Assembly (NCBI GenBank): GCA_003598055.1
Contig: QZKI01000022.1
Coordinates: 15,566-79,565 of the forward strand
Direction of reading: 5' to 3'
Origin: Candidatus Abyssobacteria bacterium SURF_17
GTDB lineage: Bacteria > Abyssobacteria > SURF-5
DNA length: 64,000 nucleotides
Shown: positions 58,322 to 64,000 of the stretch, in pieces
Position numbering within the stretch: the first letter of the stretch is position 1
Layout of the letters: each line of letters opens with the position of its first letter
The notes under the pieces: model-generated
What the model was told of the DNA's origin: nothing
The model's input: the letters and a program-made list of their open reading frames with translations, nothing else
Databases searched by the model: none
Translations under genes and position numbers: made by a program

Positions 58322-58519
58322 TGCCAGGCGTCTCCTAACCAGCTAGGGTCATGCGATGTGCTTGAGCAATTCGTCAGGAAAGAATGCTCCGTGAGAGAAA
58401 GTATATCAAAAGGTGTTGGCTTTTTCATGAAAGCCGGAAACGCGGGTCGGAGACACGATCTCCGAACAGTAACAAAAGGGATGGAATGCGTTCTTGGATT
58501 GAGACGGGGCAGCTACGGT

Positions 58520-59254
58520 TTATTTCCGCCGTTTGGAGGGTTTGGCGCGAGCCGTTGAATCGGTAAGCTCGTGAAAACGGAGCGCGGCTTCGGGCGCGTT
58601 GGCCTCTTCTTCGTGCTTGAAGAAGACGAATGCCTTCTCCCAGTTCTGCGAGAGGATTCTCTCCATCCATTGAGACAGGTCGGCATCGGTGTAATCGGAG
58701 CGGCGCAGGCGGAGGTATCCCCATGTGGCCGTGCTGATGATTTCATTGGCCGGACTCTCATCGGCGTCGGCAGTGCACAGGCTGCATCCTCGTTCACGAA
58801 GCAGGTCGGGGATTCCGGCATCGAGCCAGGATGGGCTGCGGAACTCGAATGCACAGGTCACATTGCCATGAATCTGATTGAGAAAATCTTCCAATGCGGA
58901 GCGGTCTGCGCGAAAACTCTTGGGAAACTGAAAGAGGACCGGCCCCAGTTTCCTGTCGAGAACCGACAGAGTCGTGAAAAGGTAGCTGGTCTCCTCGCCC
59001 ACATCTTTCAGACGTTTCACATGCGTTATGACCTGCGGCGCCTTGAGCGCAAAGATGAAATCGTCGGGGACCTGTTCCGCCCAGGATGTGAGGACGCTCT
59101 CTTTGGGCATGCGGTAGAACGTGTTATTGATTTCCACCGTGTTGAAGCGTTCCGAATAAGCGCGAAGCATTTCCTTGGGCGAGATTTTTTCAGGATAGAA
59201 TTTCCCTTTCCACTCCTTGTATGCAAACCCGCTTGTGCCGATATAGATTTTCAT
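58520..59254 (-). CDS. DUF72 (UPF0759) family protein
   Basis: MKIYIGTSGFAYKEWKGKFYP...FNTVEINNTFYR is the DUF72 signature N-terminus. 244 aa. Confidence 0.8.
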   Translation of the reverse strand: MKIYIGTSGFAYKEWKGKFYPEKISPKEMLRAYSERFNTVEINNTFYRMPKESVLTSWAEQVPDDFIFALKAPQVITHVKRLKDVGEETSYLFTTLSVLDRKLGPVLFQFPKSFRADRSALEDFLNQIHGNVTCAFEFRSPSWLDAGIPDLLRERGCSLCTADADESPANEIISTATWGYLRLRRSDYTDADLSQWMERILSQNWEKAFVFFKHEEEANAPEAALRFHELTDSTARAKPSKRRK

Positions 59255-59329
59255 GGTTCACGCTCCTTCGCCCCTCTGCGAATGAGTTCGCAGTTACACA
59301 ATTACGAGAGAGAGTCCCTGTCCTGCAAA

Positions 59330-59388
59330 TCCCCCCTACCCCCCTTTGCCAAAGGGGGATTGGTGGTTCCCCTTTGTGAAGGGGGTGA
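59330..59388. repeat. two tandem similar GC hairpins (CCCCCTTTGCCAAAGGGGG; CCCCTTTGTGAAGGGGG) just after the ligD stop
   Basis: Inverted repeats seen directly. No U-run follows, so their role as a terminator is uncertain. Confidence 0.3.
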
Positions 59389-61005
59389 TCACGTTTCGTT
59401 TTTCATCCCCGGCTTCCTTTTCGGTTTTTCGCGCGCGACATCGCGGGCGGCTTTGTCCTCGCGCAGTCTCACGAAGACTGGCTGTCTCATGACCGCATCT
59501 TCTGTCCAGCCGGGAAAAGAGACTTCGCAGACCAGTTTCGGCTTCAGCCAGGTGACCGCGGCATTGGTTTCCGGTTCCACTCCAAAGGGGCACTTTTTTC
59601 GGATTAGCGGGTCCATTTTTTCGCGGATTGCCTTCAGGTCTTTCGCAGAGAATCCGCTCCCGCAATGACCGATGGAAATCAGATCGTTCCCGTCGTACAC
59701 GCCTAAGACGAGGGCGCCGAAATGTCTTCTTCTCCCCCTTGGTTCCGTGAATCCTGCGATGACGGCCTCCTGCGTGAGATGCGTCTTGACTTTCAGCCAC
59801 TGCCGGCTTCTTTTGCCCATCCGGTACGTGCTTTGAGAATGCTTGGCGATAATTCCTTCGAGACCCTTTTCTCTGGCGGCATGGAAAAACGAAACGCCTT
59901 CTTCCCATACGTGGTCGCTGAATCTGATGTTCGAGCCCGCCGGGAGGATTTTCTTCAGGAGTTCTTTTCTCCTGAGCAAGGGCAGGTTTGTGAGGTCATG
60001 TCCCCGGAAGTACAGCAGGTCAAAGACATAATAGAGCAAATGACCGCTTCCGGATTTTTGGTGATGCCTCAACATCTGGAAATTGGGGCGTCCCTGGTCG
60101 TCTACGACAACGATTTCGCCGTCCAGGACGGCCTCGAATCCGAATTCGCGAAGCGAGTCTGCGATAGGAGCGAATCTTTTGTTGAAAGAAATCTGGTTTC
60201 GGGAATAGAGCGAGACGTTTCCGTTGCGGATATCGGCAATGGTGCGGTATCCGTCCCATTTCACCTCAAAAATCCAATCGGGATGGTCAAACGGTTTCTT
60301 GATGAGCGTCGCGAGCATCGGCTTTATGGCCGACGGCACTTTCTTAACGGGCGCATCCCTCAGGTCTTCGCTTTCCATTGCTTCGCGAAGACGAATCCGG
60401 CTTACTCTCTTTTGTTCTGAGGATTTCGTCGGTTTTGCTTCGGAGATATCCTCCAGAGTCTTGTGCGACACTATGGAACGGTTCTTCTTGAGGATTTCAT
60501 CTTTCGTCGCATATTGGTCTTTTTTCTTCAAAAGCAGCCACGACTTCCCGTCCTTCCCCGTTTTCACTAGTGCAAATTCACCACGAAGCTTTTCGCCCGC
60601 GACAACGAACTTCACATTTCCTTTTCTCAATCCGTCGAGAAGAAGTTTCTCACTTTCTTTTCTGTCTTTGGCGGAAGGATGTTGATAAAAGCCCCTGTCC
60701 CAGATGATAACGCTTCCTGCGCCGTAATTGCCCTCCGGGATGACTCCCTCGAAGTCCTTGTAATCAAACGGATGGTCTTCTACCATAACGGCGAGTCTTT
60801 TCACGGAAGGATTCAGCGAGGGCCCTTTGGGGACAGCCCAGCTCTTCAGCACGCCCTCGAGCTCGAGTCTGAGGTCATAATGAAGGGCACGTGCCGCGTG
60901 CTTTTGAACAACGAAAATGAGATGGTCCGCCTTGCGACCACGAGCCGGCTTCGGTTCGGGCGTCTTCTCAAATTTCCGTTTGGATTTGTATTCTTTCAGT
61001 GCCAT
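59389..61005 (-). CDS. ligD: ATP-dependent DNA ligase LigD, phosphoesterase (PE) + ligase domains
   Basis: N-terminal PE domain HYDLRLE...SWAVPKGPS. Ligase motif I EVKWDGYR (KxDG) with downstream nucleotidyltransferase/OB motifs. Start placed at MALKEYKSKRKF (61005), downstream of the REP hairpin. Confidence 0.85.
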   Translation of the reverse strand: MALKEYKSKRKFEKTPEPKPARGRKADHLIFVVQKHAARALHYDLRLELEGVLKSWAVPKGPSLNPSVKRLAVMVEDHPFDYKDFEGVIPEGNYGAGSVIIWDRGFYQHPSAKDRKESEKLLLDGLRKGNVKFVVAGEKLRGEFALVKTGKDGKSWLLLKKKDQYATKDEILKKNRSIVSHKTLEDISEAKPTKSSEQKRVSRIRLREAMESEDLRDAPVKKVPSAIKPMLATLIKKPFDHPDWIFEVKWDGYRTIADIRNGNVSLYSRNQISFNKRFAPIADSLREFGFEAVLDGEIVVVDDQGRPNFQMLRHHQKSGSGHLLYYVFDLLYFRGHDLTNLPLLRRKELLKKILPAGSNIRFSDHVWEEGVSFFHAAREKGLEGIIAKHSQSTYRMGKRSRQWLKVKTHLTQEAVIAGFTEPRGRRRHFGALVLGVYDGNDLISIGHCGSGFSAKDLKAIREKMDPLIRKKCPFGVEPETNAAVTWLKPKLVCEVSFPGWTEDAVMRQPVFVRLREDKAARDVAREKPKRKPGMKNET

Positions 61006-61036
61006 GTGTGCGAATGATTCCCAAACATCGGCGTTG

Positions 61037-61067
61037 TTTGTAGGGGCGCACGGCCGTGCGCCCCTGC
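61037..61067. repeat. REP-like hairpin in inverted orientation TTGTAGGGGCGCACGGCCGTGCGCCCCTGCC
   Basis: GTAG head plus GGGCGCA/TGCGCCC stem. Confidence 0.45.
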
Positions 61068-61109
61068 CACGCGACAGATTCATAATCCGAAATAATTCAA
61101 CCAAAGACC

Positions 61110-61214
61110 GTCATTGCGAGCGAAGGGCCGCTTGCCCGAGCGAAGCAATCTCTGCACGCATTCTCAACTGCCTCCAACGAGATTGCTTCGGTCGCTTTGC
61201 TCCCTCGCAATGAC
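61110..61214. repeat. modular nested-inverted-repeat element, copy E
   Basis: GTCATTGCGAG-CGAAGGGCCGCTTGCCCGAGCG-GAAGCAATCTC ... GAGATTGCTTCGGTCGCTTTGCTCCCTCGCAATGAC. Confidence 0.6.
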
Positions 61215-61307
61215 TGCACCGGAGGAACGTCACTAGTACAGTCCTCTTTGCCCGGAGACGGGGATAGAGCCCTACCATGGCTCTGTCCCCATCTGTTCAA
61301 TTCCATG

Positions 61308-62213
61308 TTATAGATGAGGAAGCTTCTGCTTTTTCACGATCACATCTTGAAAGAGGTCACCGTTCTTTTCGGCTTTGCTCACAGCTTCTGAATACATGAC
61401 TTGCAGCTTTTCCGGGTCGTTCTGGCCGACTGATTCCTCCAGTTCCTCCCATGCAAGGGGAAACGAAACGACTGGTTTCTCGCCCCCCCGCAAGGAATAC
61501 ACGCATATCATCGTCTTTGCAGAATCGTTTTGAGACCAGTCGATGAATACCTTTGTTTCCCTCTGTTTCTTCGCCATTCTTGCAGTCACAAGTTCCGGAT
61601 AATTTTTCTGCATGATTTCCGCCACGGCCTTCGCGAATGTCTTCGTGTCCTCAAAGGTGGTCTCTTTGCGGTTCAAGGGGACATAGAGATGGAGTCCCTT
61701 TTTGCCGGAGGTTTTCACATAACTTGAGAGCCGCAACTGAGAGAACAAGTCGCGAAGTATCAACGCCACGCGCGCGCAATCGATGATGTTTGCCCCATCG
61801 CCCGGGTCCAGGTCGAAGACCACGGAATCAGGCGTTTCCCGGGAAGCGGCCTTCGCCAGCGGCACATGCAGTTCAAGAGACGCAAGGTTCGCCACCCACA
61901 TCAGCGTTTCAAGGTCATCGACGAGGCACATGGTCATTGGCTCTCCGTCGTCAAGGCGAATCTCCGCCGTCTTCACCCAGGGCGGACGGTGAGAAGGACA
62001 TCGCTTCTCGAAAAAGGGCTCTTTTTCCACTCCTTCGGGATACCGCTTCAAGGTCAATGCCCGGTCTCTCAAATGGGGCAGAATGAACTGTGCAATCCGG
62101 CGGTAATACTCGAGGATATGCGCCTTCGTGAAACCGTACGATGGATAGAGGTCCTTTTCAAGGTTCGATAAAGCGAGTCTTTTCCCGCTGATCTCGACAA
62201 TTTTTCGGCTCAC
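61308..62213 (-). CDS. LigD polymerase/primase (Prim-Pol) domain protein (stand-alone NHEJ polymerase)
   Basis: 301 aa. Archaeo-eukaryotic primase-like motifs (VFDLDP...; KTSGKKGLHLYVPL; SQNDSAKTMICVYSLRG). Stop and start overlap the Ku gene by 4 nt. Confidence 0.85.
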   Translation of the reverse strand: MSRKIVEISGKRLALSNLEKDLYPSYGFTKAHILEYYRRIAQFILPHLRDRALTLKRYPEGVEKEPFFEKRCPSHRPPWVKTAEIRLDDGEPMTMCLVDDLETLMWVANLASLELHVPLAKAASRETPDSVVFDLDPGDGANIIDCARVALILRDLFSQLRLSSYVKTSGKKGLHLYVPLNRKETTFEDTKTFAKAVAEIMQKNYPELVTARMAKKQRETKVFIDWSQNDSAKTMICVYSLRGGEKPVVSFPLAWEELEESVGQNDPEKLQVMYSEAVSKAEKNGDLFQDVIVKKQKLPHL

Positions 62214-63055
62214 CGGTTCTTCTTCACCTTGCGCATGCTCTTCTCCAGAGCCGCGACCAGATCGGCCGGACTTTCCCCTTCTTCTACCTCTACTTCCGGA
62301 GCCTCGACCGGGGCTTTCTCCTTCGTCTTCTTCTTTATAAGCTCCATGATTTTTTCCCGGCGCTCGTCCGCATATTTCTCCGGGTTGAAGTCCGCCATCA
62401 TTTTTTTGATGCTCTTCTTCATACGGCTTTTGTGTTCGGCTTCGACCTTTTCTTCTTTCGGCAAAATGTCTTCATGGGGAAGTATTTCTTTGCTGTAATG
62501 AAGCGTAAACAAGGCCAGTGCCCCATCCCTGCTCTTGACGGCTACGAAGTATTCGCGCTCACCGAGCACGAATTTTGCCAACCCGGCTTTGTTTGTCCGT
62601 TGCATCACCTCGACCAGCAAACGATACGATTTCTCTCCGCCTTTCAGAGGAACGAGATAGTACGGATGGTCATAATAGATGGAATCCACTTCCTTCATAT
62701 CGATGAATTCGACGATCTCGATGGTGCGGCTGCGTTCGGGCGATACGGATTCCAGTTCTTCCTCCGTTATCTCGATGTATTTGTCCGGCTCGATTTCGTA
62801 TCCCCTGATAGTCTCCTCCGGAGTGACAATCTTCTCTCCACTCGGGCAGAACATTTTTCTCGCGAGTGGAGAATAGTCCTCGCTGTGGAGCATGCGAAAA
62901 GAGACACGGCCGGTTTCCACGGCCTTAACCAACTGCACGGGAATCGCAACCAGGCTGAAACTGATTGTTCCGCTCCATATTCCGTGCGGGGATATTTCAT
63001 CACCCCTGACTGACGGCGACCTCGACGGCGTGCGGTCAGAGCGCGATTTTCTCAT
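62210..63055 (-). CDS. ku: Ku protein (paralog 2, basic N-terminal extension)
   Basis: IWSGTISFSLVAIPVQLVKA...YYDHPYYLVPLKGGEKSY is the Ku beta-barrel core. Its ATG follows the Ku-1 stop immediately (TGAATG). Confidence 0.85.
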   Translation of the reverse strand: MRKSRSDRTPSRSPSVRGDEISPHGIWSGTISFSLVAIPVQLVKAVETGRVSFRMLHSEDYSPLARKMFCPSGEKIVTPEETIRGYEIEPDKYIEITEEELESVSPERSRTIEIVEFIDMKEVDSIYYDHPYYLVPLKGGEKSYRLLVEVMQRTNKAGLAKFVLGEREYFVAVKSRDGALALFTLHYSKEILPHEDILPKEEKVEAEHKSRMKKSIKKMMADFNPEKYADERREKIMELIKKKTKEKAPVEAPEVEVEEGESPADLVAALEKSMRKVKKNR

Positions 63056-63835
63056 TCAGGCCACCTTCTTCAGGCTCGCTTCAAGAGCTTCAAGCAGCTT
63101 GTCCGATGTTGTGGGCTTCAAGCGCTTGGGGCGCGCGACCACGACTTTTTCTCCGCGCGCTTTTTTCTCGATTAAATGGCGCAGCTCCTTCTGGTGTTCG
63201 TCCTCGAATTTCTCCGGCTGAAAAGGAGCCGCCAACTGATTCACGAGGTCGCACCCGATTTTCAGCTCTTTTTCCGACAAAGGAATCTTATGAACTTCCT
63301 GCAGTTCAAGAACCTTCACCGGAATCACTTCATCGGCATACCGCAACGTATTCAGGCGAAGAATCTTCCCACTCGCCTGCAACGCCCCGAGATATGACCG
63401 CTTTCGCATGGTCCAGGTGCAGACAGCTTCCACTTCCATCTCCTTCAACGCTCCGACAAGCGCATTATATTCTCTCGAGGACGCATCCGGCTCGAGGTAG
63501 TAGGCACGGTCAAAGAAGATGGGGTCGATTTGGTCGATTTCGACGAATTCGTGGACTTCGATTGTGCGGCTGCTTTCAGGAGCGGCTTGTTCGAGTTCCT
63601 CAGGGTCGACGATGATGTATTTCCCCTCCTCCACCTCGAACGCCTTGACCTGCGCTTCCGTCGGCGTCGGTTTCTTCTCATATGCGCAGACCATCTGTTG
63701 GCGCAGTCTCACGTGGTCACGCTTGTGAAGGAGGTGAAACTGAATCCGCTCCTCCTTGATTGCGGTATGCAGTTTCACCGGCACACTCGTATCCCCAAAG
63801 TGGATGTATCCTTTCCACATTGCTCGTCCCGCCAT
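63056..63835 (-). CDS. ku: Ku protein (paralog 1)
   Basis: MAGRAMWKGYIHFGDTSVPVKLHTA...FFDRAYYLEPD, canonical bacterial Ku. 259 aa. Confidence 0.88.
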   Translation of the reverse strand: MAGRAMWKGYIHFGDTSVPVKLHTAIKEERIQFHLLHKRDHVRLRQQMVCAYEKKPTPTEAQVKAFEVEEGKYIIVDPEELEQAAPESSRTIEVHEFVEIDQIDPIFFDRAYYLEPDASSREYNALVGALKEMEVEAVCTWTMRKRSYLGALQASGKILRLNTLRYADEVIPVKVLELQEVHKIPLSEKELKIGCDLVNQLAAPFQPEKFEDEHQKELRHLIEKKARGEKVVVARPKRLKPTTSDKLLEALEASLKKVA

Positions 63836-64000
63836 TGAGGTCCTCCGTACCCCCTAAGAAATAGGGATAAAAGGGAAATAAGCACCCGTTCGGTTCCTCG
63901 TTTTCCCGCCGTCACGGGCGCACTTAAGAGCAGATGATCTGTTTCGCCCTTGTACTTGTTTCACTTATATAAGTATCGCACAAAATACCCCGCCAGCAAA

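Noticed and set aside
59330-59388. Rho-independent terminator after ligD
   Set aside because: Two GC hairpins are present but no U-tract follows, so they may be REP-like structures rather than an intrinsic terminator. Kept only as a low-confidence repeat feature.

Overview
This is a high-GC (~58%) bacterial chromosomal segment. It is densely coding, with most genes from about 10 kb onwards on the minus strand. The six-frame track contains many long antisense ORFs that I treat as GC-driven artefacts.

Gene content, 5' to 3':
- Partial acyl-CoA dehydrogenase (minus strand, runs off the left edge).
- Glycogen cluster: glgC, glgA, a GalT-type hexose-1-P uridylyltransferase, and two tandem GH57 glycoside hydrolases.
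- panE-like reductase.
- A large spermidine-synthase-like protein with multi-TM blocks on both sides of the catalytic domain.
- Lipoprotein, hypothetical protein, and a 3-TM heptaheme c-type cytochrome.
- Catabolic operon putA / TIGR00300-type ornithine-cyclodeaminase-like / guanidino-group-modifying enzyme, which looks like a split AgrE-PutA arginine-to-glutamate route.
- URO-D-family protein, esterase, and class II B12-dependent ribonucleotide reductase nrdJ, which has a rho-independent terminator, a 1.16 kb ORF-free leader and a near-consensus NrdR box.
- HAD hydrolase, predicted pseudokinase and PilZ c-di-GMP receptor.
- TetR regulator, three tandem paralogous winged-helix/Cys-cluster/2x[4Fe-4S] proteins, and a crotonase.
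- Divergent acetoacetate-decarboxylase-like gene with two class-III aminotransferases and a VOC/epimerase.
- lptCAB, coaX-birA, nadC, secDF-yajC-tgt-queA-queH, ruvBAC-yebC.
- SAM methyltransferase, a low-GC FemAB/GNAT-like gene and DUF72.
- NHEJ locus: split LigD (PE+LIG and POL) plus two tandem Ku paralogs.

Three intergenic repeat families recur through the window:
- A modular nested-hairpin element, GTCATTGCGAG...GAAGCAATCTC / GAGATTGCTTCG...CTCGCAATGAC, in at least 6 copies.
- A REP-like GTAG-headed GC hairpin, GTAGGGGCGCA...TGCGCCCCTACA, in 10 or more copies.
- A bipartite AT-loop palindrome element, TGCGAATAAATTCGCA-CCTACAGAC, in at least 3 loci.

The TetR/ADC divergent spacer also carries phased T7 tracts and a 3x 12-bp tandem repeat.

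I found no rRNA, tRNA, CRISPR array or obvious transposase. All annotations rest on motif recognition by eye and no searches were run.
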